DNA from: Octopus vulgaris | Lineage: Eukaryota | Reading direction: 5' to 3' | Length of the DNA stretch: 64,000 nt | Assembly: GCA_951406725.2 (NCBI GenBank) | Contig: OX597823.1 | Span: forward strand, 104,904,001-104,968,000 | In this document: positions 26,301 through 38,557 of the stretch, in pieces | Position numbering within the stretch: the stretch's first letter is position 1 | Layout of the letters: each line of letters starts with the position of its first letter | Made by a program: the position numbers and the translations under genes | Notes under the pieces: generated by a model | What the model was told of the DNA's origin: nothing | Seen by the model: the letters and a program-made list of their open reading frames with translations, nothing else | Databases searched by the model: none

Positions 26301-26596
26301 TGTATGTATGTATGTATGTATACAGGTAAAGAAATATATCCTTATCATCATTTAAAGTCTATTTTCCATGCTGGACAGTTTGACTGGAGCTGGCCAGCCA
26401 GACTGCTGCCTAGGCTCCCATTCTCTATTTTGGCTGGATGCTCTTCTTAATGCAAACCACTTTATAGAGTTTACTGGGTGTTTTTACATGTCAAGAAGAA
26501 TTTATTTTTGGAATGGTGAAATTTGAAACAGACCAAATACAAAACAATACATGCACACATACATGCATGCACACACACGTGCATGCACACACACGT

Positions 26597-26647
<51 letters not shown>

Positions 26648-26659
26648 CACATAAGTATG

Positions 26660-28300
26660 TTGTATTATGTTGGACAAATGAAAGAGGAGTGAAGAGTACA
26701 TTGTAGTCAATATGGTTTTATTGAAAATGAGTGTTTGATGCAGCTTGGGTTTCATGTCATTGTGATCATCAGGTGAGATCTATTACAACTTGGTATTGAT
26801 GGTGAATGTGGTGCACACTGCATGATGCTTGTATTTGTTTATTGGTTTGTGTTTCACATTTACTGAGTGGTGTTGTCTTTTGGGTGTCTTCATTGGTTGT
26901 TTAGTTCATCATTTGTGTGATGTGACTTTTTTGTATTTCTGCAGTTGGTGTTGGGAGGGTGTGTTATTGATTGTTTATGATTTATTGGTGGTTGGTGATA
27001 GAGCATGTTTTCATTTCTTTTTTCCTTTTTTGTATGGAAAAGTGTATTGTAAGAGGGTGAATGTTATTTTGGGAAGGTTAATTATGAATGGTTTGCTGTA
27101 AATCTAATTATGAAAATATCTATTGTGAGCAAATATATCCATAATGAATGGTGCTTTACAGATGAGGGTTTTTTAACCCTTAATTGGCTGACATCATCAA
27201 TTGATATTTCATTCAAGAATAACGGACATCATGAATTCATGTTTCAAAAATTTTACATGGATATGGCCATCAACAAAGGAAAGCAAATATTTTATGGCAC
27301 TTTTTGATAATGAGATTATGAATTTTATTGTGCAAGAGACTAAAAATTATAGATTTTGTACTTATTTAAAGTAGAAATAAGTATATAAACTGCCCTTAAG
27401 AAAAAGAGATATTTTTTGTTTTCTGTCCATTTGGGACACATACATTCATACAATCCTTTTCTGCCATTTAAGGGTTAATGTGTCGAGTTGTTAAAAGATG
27501 TTATGGTAATGCTGTTTTTCTTAACTCCCAGTGGAGTTTGAACAGATGCACTTGTTTCTTTTGAATATAGTCTAGAAAGTGTGTTTATGTCTTTTATACC
27601 TTTGAAGATTCCTCTAGTAGTTCTGATGTAGTTTCTTTTTGCCTGTTATTCTTGTGAAACTGTTGCATTATAGACTATAGATTTTTGTAAACAGTTTCAA
27701 TGTAACAGGCATGTCCTACTCTTGGGCTGTTGTATAGGTTTTCAGCAGCTTTGTGTTGTGTGTTTCTAGGAGTGTTATTGGTTGGTGACTGTATGATGTG
27801 TTTCACATTTTATGTACAGCTGTAGCTCATTTTATATATTTCTGTAAAATGGTTTTCCATATTAGTGTTCTGTTGTGAAGTGTTTGCTGATAAGTGTTAG
27901 AAAGTTATTCATTGCTACATTCAGGCTGAAGAGTGGGTTAAACCAGATGATGTTCCTTTTATTAGTTCTTTTTGTGTTTGGTGTATGTCTATGATGTTTT
28001 TCGTATGTATTGCAACTTTTCATTAAACCTGTTTGATTTTAGGGCTTTGATATAGAACATTTCTTTATCAAATGGAATTTTCTAAATTCCCTTGATGAAG
28101 TTTCTAATAGGGTTCTTTATTACATATAGTGGGTGATTTGAATTTATGTATGATGGTATCTTGTTAGGCTTTCTCTAGGGCTAGTTTTTCCTAGTTGTTA
28201 GGTTCAACATCACATCGAGATAGGCTATTACTGATAAGTTCATTTCTACAGTTATTCTTCTGTCATGCTTTTTAAATGTCTTTATCAAATCCTCTGCTTA
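26660..28300 (-). mobile_element. decayed Penelope-like element (RT thumb, GIY-YIG, UTR, degenerate hammerhead)
   Basis: Minus-strand motifs ITVEMNLSVIAYLDVMLNL, RKPNKIPSYINSNHP, KRNIIWFNPLFSLNV, MSYSC and KSIVYNATV. CTGATGA...GAAAC at 26772-26749. Confidence 0.8.
27177..27474. mobile_element. piggyBac-like MITE nested in the PLE
   Basis: TTAA|CCCTTAATTGGCTGA ... TCTGCCATTTAAGGG|TTAA. Confidence 0.8.
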
Positions 28301-28337
28301 TAATTATAGAAATTTTGTATGTATGTATATATATATG

Positions 28338-28395
<58 letters not shown>

Positions 28396-29020
28396 ATCAT
28401 AGATATCTAAAACATCAAAAAATATATTCCATTCAATGCAGAAATATAGAGCAGTGTATTTGTATTATAGAGCAACATGAGTTAATATATCATGTAGAGT
28501 ATCAATGGTTTCTCACTCTCAGTCTTCAGGCTCTGTTTATCTTGATTTGATGGATTAGGAGCTCACAAATCCAAGAAATGACTCTGATACTTAGTCTTCT
28601 TCTTCTAATCTGTGAATATAAATAAAGCACCTTAAATACATAATTTCCTAAATATGCTTAATTTCAGTGTACAGTCTTTTATCCGAAACTTTACTGTGGG
28701 ATAAATCCATCGATTTTACCCATTACTGCATTTATAAATTAATTAAATTTATTGGATACATTAGACAGTTTAAACACCTGTCATATTTATATAACTTCAT
28801 TAGAAGCAATAAAATGGGACTGATTAAACCATAATTTAACTGTCTCTCAGTGGCAGTGAGTTACCTTACTCAAAACTGACAGCTGTGGAACTGTGAGATT
28901 TAAATCCACTGTTATTAGGCATATAACTACATTAGGTAAACTGTTATGTTTGTAAGAGATCTTAATGTTCACCATCATCACTGGTTTGGTAGGTGAGCCA
29001 CAAATGCTGTTGTTTGGTTG

Positions 29021-29250
29021 AAGGCAACGAGCTGGCAGAAACATTAGCACACCAGGTGAAATGCGTAGCTGTATTTCGTCTGCCATTACGTTCTGAGTTC
29101 AAATTCCGCCAAGGTCGACTTTGCCTTTCATCCTTTCGGGGTCGATAAATTAAGTACCAGTTTCGCACTGGGATCGGTGTAATCGACTTAATCCGTTTGT
29201 CTGTCCTTGTTTGTCCCCTCTGTGTTTAGCCCCTTGTGGGTAGTAAAAAA
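29021..29250 (+). mobile_element. SINE family 2
   Basis: Full copy. Flanking AAATGCTG(C)TTGTTTGGT duplication (probable TSD). Confidence 0.92.
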
Positions 29251-29885
29251 AAAATGCTGCTTTGTTTGGTACAACAAATTATCAATGAACAAACAGAAGG
29301 GGACAATTTACTTGATCTTCTTTCATTGGATTCACCTGCAACTGCTGCAACTCTAACACATCTAAACATCTTAGAACCTCACCTTCTGCTGGTGAAACTT
29401 GATGTTCTGTTGAACTGAGATGAACTATATGAGAGGAATGTTGGTTGCCATAAATGAGAAAAGTTTAGGGAGATGCAATTCCACATTAAACTAATTGTCT
29501 GATCAACTATGTTTAAAGAAAAGAATTCTGAGAAAACATGCACTTAGACTGCAGCAGTTATAAGCAAATCTGAACATAGCAAAGGTGGTGCCTCAGCAAG
29601 ACCATAGTCTAATGATTGAACAAATAAAAGATAGAAAAATAAAAGCTAGCCTAGGGATAGTCTTCAGTAAAATGTAAAAAAAAAAAAAAGAAACGAAAAA
29701 AAAGATGATTAAGCCTTAGTTTCATGATAAATGTTGAAGACATTCTATCTATGAAAGAATGTCCTTCACTAACGGGCAAATGAAAGTTTACACGTGTGTG
29801 ACGCAGTGAGAATCATATATAAACTTAGGTAAAAATGTGACAGAATGCAAGATTGAGAAAAAACTTTACAAGTGACATTAGTTAT

Positions 29886-30115
29886 ATCTTTACTACCCAC
29901 AAGGGACTAAACGTAGAGGGGACAAACAAGGACAGACAAACGGATTAAGTCGATTACTTCGACCCCAGTGCATTACTGGTACTTAATTTATCGACCCCGA
30001 AAGGATGAAAGGCAAAGTCGACCACGGTGGAATTTGAACTCAGAATGGAATGCCAGACGAAATACAGCTACACATTTCACCCAGTGTGCTAACGTTTCTG
30101 CCAGCTGGCCACCTT
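29886..30115 (-). mobile_element. SINE family 2, inverted relative to 29021
   Basis: Full copy. Flanking ACAA(G/A)TGACATTAGT duplication. Confidence 0.92.
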
Positions 30116-30299
30116 GTCATTTACAAATGACATTAGTATTAAAATGAAGGAGCAATGTAAATGTTCTCTGGAAGAAGATGCCACTTCCATAACAATGCAA
30201 CTCCATACTTAATGATAACAATTTGAGCCAATGTCTACTTTTGGGTCTTGGCAGAAAAGTATTGCATATCAAGTGGGAGATCAACAAACAAACAAAACA

Positions 30300-30803
30300 T
30301 TGAGTAATCTTCTGACACAATGTGATCTTCAAAAGAAAGGATGAAGCTGACAACAGGAACTGAAACTTGACAAAGCCAAACCTGACCCTCAAAAAATGTA
30401 AGGTATTATCCAATCCCTTCTGTCATACATTTCACATTTTTCCTTTTAGTATTTGTGATATAATTCCAAACCAACGGTCAATCACATCTGTGATATTATG
30501 GATGAGAGTGAATTCAGAATTGATCCATCACACTACCAACCTATTACATTGCTGCTTCACATCATCATTGTCGTCATCATCAATATATTGGAATTAAATA
30601 TCCGCAAGTGACTACAAAGCTATTTGCTGAAAAATCTAATTTCTAGAAAGCAATTCCGTTTCCTACCAAACCATAACAAGTAGACCTTTCCACAATGAAT
30701 ATCATCTCACAGGAACAATTACTTGCTCAGAGGTCAGGAAGAATGTGTTATAGTTCTGGACATCAAAGTAGCTTTTGACAAAGTCTGGCTCAATAGACTC
30801 TGC
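30300..30803 (+). pseudogene. CR1/L2-like LINE RT remnant
   Basis: YQPITLL, NLISRKQFRFLPNH and VIVLDIKVAFDKVWLNRL motifs. Confidence 0.7.
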
Positions 30804-30985
30804 ACCTATCAATCAATCTTGCATGCATACATATATGCATATATTTATATATACACATAAATGTGTGTATGTAAATATGTATGCATGTATATATGTATCT
30901 ATGCATGAATGTATACATATATATATCCACACACAAACACACACACACATGTATATATATTTGTATATATATCCACACACACACG

Positions 30986-31018
<33 letters not shown>

Positions 31019-31383
31019 CATCATCATCATTTAGCGTCCGTTTTCCATGCTAGCATGGGTTGGACGGTTCAACTGGGGTCTGGGGAGCCCGAAGGCTGCA
31101 CCAGGCCAGTCAGATCTGGCAGTGTTTCTACAGCTGGATGCCCTTCCTAACGCCAACCACTCCGAGAGTGTAGTGGGTGATTTTATGTGCCACCGACACA
31201 GGTGCCAGACGAGGCTGGCGAACGGCACGCTAACGGATGGTGTTTTTATGTGCCAACACACACACACATGTGTATATATATATATTGTATATATATATAT
31301 ATATGTATATATGTATATAATATATATATATGTATATATACTCACACATATGTATATATATTCATATAAACACACACACACAC

Positions 31384-31447
<64 letters not shown>

Positions 31448-31477
31448 GGAATATATTTATATTTGTATATACTGGAT

Positions 31478-33510
31478 CATCATCATCATTATCATCATCG
31501 TTTAGCGTCCGTTTTCCATGCTAGCATGGGTTGGACGGTTCTACTGGGGTCTGTGAAGCCAGAAGGCTTCATCAGGCCCAGTCAAATCTGGCAGTGTTTC
31601 TACGGCTGGATGCCCTTCCTAACGCCAACCACTCCGTGAGTGTAGTGGGTGCTTTTTACGTGCCACCCGCACTGGTGCCAGACAGAGCTGGCAAACGGCC
31701 ACGAACGGATGGTGCTTTTTATGTGCCACCGGCACGAGGGCCAGGCGAGGCTGGCAACGGACATGAAACGGGGCGGTGCTGGCAACGGTCGCGAAACGGA
31801 AAGTTCTCTTACATGCCACCGGCACTGGTAACACATCTGCAATTTCCATTGATCGATTTCGATTCTGATCCTCACTTGCCTCAACGGGTCTTCACAAGCA
31901 GAGTTTTGACATGCCACCGGCACTGGTAGCACATCCGCAATTTCCATTGATCGATTTCGATTCTGATCCTCACTTGCCTCAACACGTCTTCACAAGTAGA
32001 GTTTTGTGTCCCAAGAAGGGAAGGTATGCATACGTAGGCTGGCTCCATCCCAAGTAGAAGGCCACGGGTTATGGACTCACTTGTCCTGCCGGGTCTTCTC
32101 GCGCACAGCACACTTCCAGAGGTCTCGGTCTCTAGTCATTTTCTCAGTGAGACCTAAAGTTCGAAGGTCGTGCTTCACCACCTCGTCCCAGGTTTTCCTG
32201 GGTCTGCCTCTTCCACAGGTTCCCTCAACCGCTAGGGTGTGGCACTTTTTCACACAACTATCTTCATCCATTCTCGCCACATGACCATACCAGCGCAAAC
32301 GTCTCTCTTGCACACCACAACTGATGCTTCTTAGGTCCAGCTTTTCTCTCAAGGTACTTACACTCTGCTGAGTGTGAGTACCGGCATTACACATCCATCG
32401 AAGCATACTGGCTTCATTTCTAGCGAGCTTACGCATATCCTCAGCAGTCACGGCCCATGTTTCACTGCCATGTAGCATGGCTGTTCGTACACACGCATCA
32501 TACAGTCTGCCTTTCACTCTGTGCGAGAGGCCTTTTGTCACCAGCAGAGGTAAGAGCTCTCTGAACTTTGCCCAAGCTATTCTTACTCTAGCAGTTACAC
32601 TTTCAGCACACCCGTCCCCGCTGCTGACTTGGTCACCTAGGTAACGGAAACTATCAACTATTTCTAGTTTTTCTCCCTGGAAAGTGACGGAAGTTGGTCT
32701 CAGAGCATTTTCAGTGTTTATTGTTCCTGAGCATCTGCCACATACAAAAACCATCTTCCTAGTTAGCCTTCCTTTGACATTGCTGCATCTCTTATGTGTC
32801 CATAGCTTACACTTGGTGCATCTTATAGAGTTTCTACCTACACCTTTTCTACAGATCGAGCAGGGCCATCTACCTGAAGGTGTTTGTGATTTGTCTACCT
32901 TCCTACTGATTACGACTTTGGTTTTAGCTAGATTGACTCTGAGGCCCTTCGATTCTAATCCTTGTTTCCACACCTGAAACTTCTCCTCCAGTTCTGATAG
33001 CGACTCAGCACTTAGAGCAAGGTCATCAGCATAGAGGAGCTCCCAAGGGCATCCTGTCTTGAATTCCTCCGTTATTGCCTGGAGGACTATGATAAATAGG
33101 AGGGGGCTGAGTACTGAGCCTTGGTGGACTCCTACCTCTACCCGGAATTCTTCACTGTACACATTTCCAACCCTCACCCTACTAGCGGCGTCCCTATACA
33201 TGGCCCGCACAGCTCTCACTAACCATTCATCTATCCCTAGTTTCCTCATTGCCCACCAGATAAGGGATTGGGGGACCCTGTCGAAGGCTTTCTCCATGTC
33301 AACAAAAGCCAGGTACAGGGGCTTATCTTTGGCTAGGTATTTCTCCTGCAGCTGCCTTACCAGGAATATAGCATCAGTAGTACTTTTCCCTGGCACAAAC
33401 CCAAACTGCATCTCATCTAAACTAACTCTCTCTCTAATTAGTTGGGCTATGACCCTCTCCGTAACCTTCATCACCTGGTCCAACAGCTTGATACCTCTGT
33501 AGTTATTTGT
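31478..33510 (-). mobile_element. young 5'-truncated RTE LINE
   Basis: Open RT frame, 3' UTR with internal repeats, and (ATG)n tail. Confidence 0.95.
32077..33510 (-). CDS. RTE ORF fragment: RT, inserted PHD finger, C-terminal domain (no native start; the ATG at 33531 lies in the flank)
   Basis: NYRGIKLL, QFGF, FVDMEKAFD, GVHQGSVLSPLLF, YADD, then C4HC3 finger, FRYLG, RRLRWYGHV, GRGRPRKTW. Confidence 0.9.
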   Translation of the reverse strand, partial: TNNYRGIKLLDQVMKVTERVIAQLIRERVSLDEMQFGFVPGKSTTDAIFLVRQLQEKYLAKDKPLYLAFVDMEKAFDRVPQSLIWWAMRKLGIDEWLVRAVRAMYRDAASRVRVGNVYSEEFRVEVGVHQGSVLSPLLFIIVLQAITEEFKTGCPWELLYADDLALSAESLSELEEKFQVWKQGLESKGLRVNLAKTKVVISRKVDKSQTPSGRWPCSICRKGVGRNSIRCTKCKLWTHKRCSNVKGRLTRKMVFVCGRCSGTINTENALRPTSVTFQGEKLEIVDSFRYLGDQVSSGDGCAESVTARVRIAWAKFRELLPLLVTKGLSHRVKGRLYDACVRTAMLHGSETWAVTAEDMRKLARNEASMLRWMCNAGTHTQQSVSTLREKLDLRSISCGVQERRLRWYGHVARMDEDSCVKKCHTLAVEGTCGRGRPRKTWDEVVKHDLRTLGLTEKMTRDRDLWKCAVREKTRQDK

Positions 33511-33544
33511 ACCTCTACATATATTATACAACTATCTTTTTACC

Positions 33545-33733
33545 ATTTGATCTATCTATTTATCTATCAATCTATCCATATACCTACCAATCAATTTCTC
33601 TACCTCTATACCTACCAATCAATTTACTATCTATTTATCTGCCTATCAATCAATCAATCTACCTATCTATCTCTTTTACCTATATATATATATGGATCAA
33701 TTAACCTACCTACATACCTATCTATCTATCTGC

Positions 33734-33767
<34 letters not shown>

Positions 33768-33894
33768 CTCTGTCCATCCATCCTTCCGTTTGTTTGTCCA
33801 GCTATCCATATCTATCTATCTTTCTGTCTGTCTGTCTCTCTGCCTGCTTGAATGCCTGTCTGACTCTCTGCCTGCCTGTCTGTCTATCTATCTG

Positions 33895-33944
<50 letters not shown>

Positions 33945-33952
33945 CATCTATC

Positions 33953-33985
<33 letters not shown>

Positions 33986-34002
33986 CATCCATCCATCCAT
34001 CC

Positions 34003-34057
<55 letters not shown>

Positions 34058-34067
34058 AATCCATCTA

Positions 34068-34105
<38 letters not shown>

Positions 34106-34141
34106 CATCCATCCATCCATCCATCCATCCATCCATCCATC

Positions 34142-34199
<58 letters not shown>

Positions 34200-34200
34200 T
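33545..34200. repeat. (TATC/TGTC/CATC)n tetranucleotide array
   Basis: Seen directly. Confidence 0.95.
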
Positions 34201-34499
34201 TATTTGTTTGCCTTTCTAAATCCTTATGCAATGAACACAGCTTGTATAGTGTTTGTAGGAGAATACAAATGCACCTGCAGTATGTACAGAGGAGCACTAA
34301 GGAACAACGTGTAGTGTTTGTAGAGGAATGCAAAGGAATGGAGACTGCACAAAGCATTTGAGGAAGAATATAGAGAAAACTTGGATCAACAGATTATGTA
34401 AACTTGGTAAAAATAAGATGTGAGTATGAGTAAAATAAGAAAGATAATCCTTATTATTGCTGTTGTAGAGTATTGACAGAATAGATTGAGTACTGGAAA

Positions 34500-35035
34500 A
34501 AATGCTGTGTGGTATTTGTTCTGCTATTTTGTTTACTGAGTTCAAATACAGCTGGGGTCAACTTTGCCCTTTATCTGTTTAATATCTATGAAATAAGTAC
34601 CAGTTAAGGGTAGGGGTTGATATAATTGGTTAATAACCCCTTCTCCACAAAATTTCAGTCCTTTAGCTGCCAGAATTGTTAAAACACTGGGCAAAATGCT
34701 TAGCAGTGTTTCACCCATCTTTATGTTCTGAGTTTAAATGTTGTTGAGGTTAATTTTGCTTTTCATCCTTTCACAGTTGATAAAATAAATACCAGTTGAG
34801 AACTGGGGGTTAACGCATTTGACTTACCCACTCCTCTGAAATTACTAATCTTGTGCCAAAATTTGAAGCTGGCAGAATCACTAGCATGTCAGACAGAATG
34901 TTTAGCAACATTTATTCTGACTTTGCTTTTTATTGTTTCAGGGTTGATAAAATAAATACCAGTTCTGTACTGAGGGTTAATGTAATTGACTTGCCCTTTC
35001 CTGTTAAAATCACTAGTCTTGTGTCAAAATTGGAA
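34500..35035 (+). mobile_element. three tandem degenerate SINE family-2-like units
   Basis: Repeated CTTTGCxTTTxATxxTTT...GATAAAATAAxTACCAGTT...GGGGTTAA. A similar copy lies at 18755-18950. Confidence 0.65.
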
Positions 35036-35130
35036 AATTATTATTACTATTATTATCATTATCATTATATTATTAATTTTATTACTATTATTATTATTAT
35101 TATTATTATTACTACTACTACTACTACTAC

Positions 35131-35191
<61 letters not shown>

Positions 35192-35192
<1 letters not shown>

Positions 35193-35453
35193 GGCACATG
35201 GCCTAGTGGTTAGGCTGTTGCACTTATGATCGCTAGTTCATGGGTTTGATTCCCAGACCGGGTGGTGCGATGTGTTCTTGAGCAAAACACATCCTTTCAT
35301 GTTGCTCTGGTCCCCTTTTGATCAAGTGGGAGTCTTGACCTGCTCACCCTAGCCAGCAAGGTGGCATCATTTGATGGCCAAAACAATGCAAAGTGCATTG
35401 TGACTAGCAATGTGTAACAGCATCTGATAGTCTGGTCAGTCAGGTGATCATGT
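35192..35453 (+). mobile_element. SINE family 3 (tRNA head; tail shared with 48811-49110)
   Basis: TGGCCTAGTGGTTAGG A box, GTTTGATTCC B box, tail GGTGGCATCATTTGA...CATCTGATAGTCTGGTC. Confidence 0.8.
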
Positions 35454-35454
35454 G

Positions 35455-35935
35455 ATTATTATTATTATCATTTTTAATATCATTATTATTATTATTATTA
35501 TTATCATTATTATTATTATTATTATTATTGAGTGAGCGAGCAGAGCATGCCATCAAAGTGACACTGGGGTAAAATATACGAAGCCCAGTATACCCATCAT
35601 GACTACCCGTCTGATAAGGGTACACCAGGCACATGCATCACAACCATATGTGCGCGACATGGTGATCTCATATCAAGATAAACAGCACATGACCTTGCAG
35701 GTGGAGCCCAGTTAGAATTTTCTTCAGATCGAGTAACCCATCCCGCTCAAAAGGTCCCTGAATAAGAGTTGTTTAAGGACGTTGAACGAAACACCCATGT
35801 TTCCAGAGGTGAATTATTCAAACCCCAAAGAATCCTTCTCAACACATGGCTATGATGCTCCCCCACTACTTCTGCTCGTGATCAGAGATGCACATATCGT
35901 CAGCTACTAAGGGACATGCTCAACTAAGGGACATG
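35455..35935 (-). mobile_element. LINE 3' UTR ending in (AAT)n (possibly R4/Dong-like)
   Basis: CpG-retaining ~400-bp segment abutting (ATT)n. The clade call is an inference from the TAA-repeat context only. Confidence 0.45.
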
Positions 35936-36734
35936 ATTTCAGTTCCAAGACTGGGTGGTGCAATGTATTTTGAGTGAGACACTTCACCTCACGTTGTTCT
36001 GTGATCACTTCCACACCTGACATGTGGTACACCCTACACTTGTTCAGACAATGTCAATTTGGTGGAAAGAGTGAGCTAATGTGTGGAATTTGATCATTAT
36101 AACCAAATCCCTTATGCAGGTTGGTCTGCAAAAGCTGAACGCTCATGCGTTGTCTTCAACAGGGGAGTCCATCATCGTTATTATTATCATTATTGTTAAG
36201 GCAGTGAGCATGTATATATATATATATATAAACTTACTTGGAAATGGATGTGTGGCGTTCAATCAAATAAATAATATAAATAACAAATATATATATACAT
36301 ATATGCACATATGCATATATATATATGCATATATGGGTACAGGACGTCACAAACAGTAAACAACATGAAATATGAAAACAAATGAGTTGAATATGCAAAC
36401 GATGAGAGTAACAAATGGAAAACAGGACAAGTGACAAAATATATCTACATTTATGTATGTATCTAAGTGAGTGTGTCTTTGTGTTTGTGTTTGTCCCCCA
36501 TCACCGTTTGACAAATATTGGTGTGTATATGTTCCAATAACTTAGCAGTTTGTCAAAAGAGACTGATAGAATAAGTACTAGGCTTAAGAAATAAGTCCTG
36601 GGTTCAAACTGTTCAACTAAAACCCTTCAAGGCACTGCTCCAGCATGGCTGTAGTCAATCGACTGAATTAAGTAAAATAATAAAAGAATATAGAGAGTAA
36701 TAAGCAGAAAGCAAATGTAGTCTTCAAAGTTTCA

Positions 36735-36803
36735 AAGACATATACATGTTTCAGTGAAAAAAAAAACATTATACGATCGTGCATTTCACTTCATCAGTGT
36801 CTT
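36735..36803 (-). ncRNA. type I hammerhead ribozyme motif
   Basis: aagaca-CTGATGA-agtgaaa...tttcact-GAAAC-ATGT-ATA-tgtctt. Stem I (6 bp) and stem II (7 bp) are perfect; one mismatch in stem III. Confidence 0.7.
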
Positions 36804-37038
36804 ACAATAAATATTTTTCATGGAACAATAATGAGGATAAATGCTTGATTGCATAATATTTCTACTAGTGCTATGTAATTATTTTGATATTTTGCTGAAA
36901 TGTGTGTACGTCCTATTGCATTTAAATACTACATCTGTTTTCTGCTTGTTAATTTTTCTATAATCTGACTTGTATTCTGCACTCTAGCCTATCCTGAGTT
37001 TGGTACCTCATGTTGTGCTGCTACACTGGATACTTTAA

Positions 37039-37259
37039 CCATTTCATTACCAACCCGGCTGAAACCAGCACTGGCTTATGAGTACAAATGTCTTGTTTTT
37101 ATAAGTTTTGAATTAAAATCTTCCACCAAACCTTAGTCACAATTTATGTTCCTAACACTAGCTTAATGTTAACTAAGTTATTTTACTAAATTCTTTGTTA
37201 TATTTAAAGTAATTGAAAGAAACACAGAGTATCTCAAAATAAATATAGTAACGAATGGG
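37039..37259. mobile_element. piggyBac-like MITE
   Basis: TTAA|CCATTTCATTAC ... GTAACGAATGGG|TTAA. Confidence 0.75.
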
Positions 37260-37331
37260 TTAATGGAGTGTGGAATCCACCACTGGGTCTGATTTTGTTT
37301 GTGTGTCACACTTTAATGTGCCTTCACTTAC

Positions 37332-37386
<55 letters not shown>

Positions 37387-38144
37387 CAAAGAGAGAGAAA
37401 AAGTGAGAGAGAGAGGAGGGAAAAGAGAGAGTGAGATCCTCTTCCTCCTTCCCTTCGTCATCATCACCACAGCCACCACTACCATATTTTATAGATACAT
37501 ATACATATGCACATAGACAAATAAATATATATCTTGAAATATGTGCATATATACACCCATGCCACATGCACACATATGCACACATGCAACCATATGCATA
37601 TATATGCTCACACACATACATATACTCGTGCACACACACACAAACACACATGCATACACACAAACATATTTTATGTGTTTAAGTATATTTGCATCCTATT
37701 TCTGTTCTGAAATTCATTGCTTCAGGTATTTCTGATGCTAAAAAAATAAATTTTAAAAACAAAACAAAACGAACATATCTTATTTTTGCTTTGAGCTTAA
37801 AGTTCCAAAATAGATGCTGGGAACTAAGCAAATGTTTTCTCTATGTTAAGCGTAAAGAAACACTGACTACAGCAGTTCTTTACAGGTATTCCAAATCTGA
37901 AAATTACCGAAGCTTAAAGATAAACAAAGTTTAAATAGATTACAAAGAAGTCAGTGACTTGTTTATGAAGAATTTGTCAATGAATTGTTTATAAAGAATT
38001 TGAGGAGCGTCAGTTTGTCAATATGGAACTGAAACTGAAACTAATAATGGTTTGTAGTTTCAGAGCAAGGCCAACAATTTTGAGGGGAGGGGCTTAGTTG
38101 ATTACATTGATCTCAGTATATGACTGGCATTATATTTTATTGAT

Positions 38145-38297
38145 TCTCATCTTTGTCCTCATCTTGTTTGTTGTTAACACAACGTTTTGGCTTATTTACC
38201 CTCCAGCCTTCAACAGGTAGGTGTCTTGGGGAAATTTTGAACCTGGGTTCTCATTCCTAGGGGGTTCTTTTTTTTTGATGTTGTTATTATTATTATC
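38145..38297 (-). mobile_element. second copy of the hammerhead-bearing element at 50453-50879 (degenerate)
   Basis: Aligns with 50515-50660. Core is mutated (CTGTTGA, AAAAC) but retains ACGTT-GTGTT. Confidence 0.8.
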
Positions 38298-38557
38298 CCA
38301 TGCCGGTGGCACGTAAAAAGCACCCACTACACTCTCGGAGTGGTTGGCATTAGGAAGGGCATCCAGCTGTAGAAACTCTGCCAGATCAAGATTGGAGCCT
38401 GGTGCAGCCATCTGGTTCACCAGCCCTCAGTCAAAATCGTCCAACCCATGCTAGCATGGAAAGTGGACGTTAAACGATGATGATGATGATGATAATGATT
38501 CTGAAAGGATGAAAAGTAAAGTAGATTTCTGCAGGATTTAATCCAGAATGTCAAGTT

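Noticed and set aside
33511-33531. ATG start of the 484-aa ORF
   Set aside because: It lies in flanking sequence beyond the 5' truncation point and is not the element's native start.
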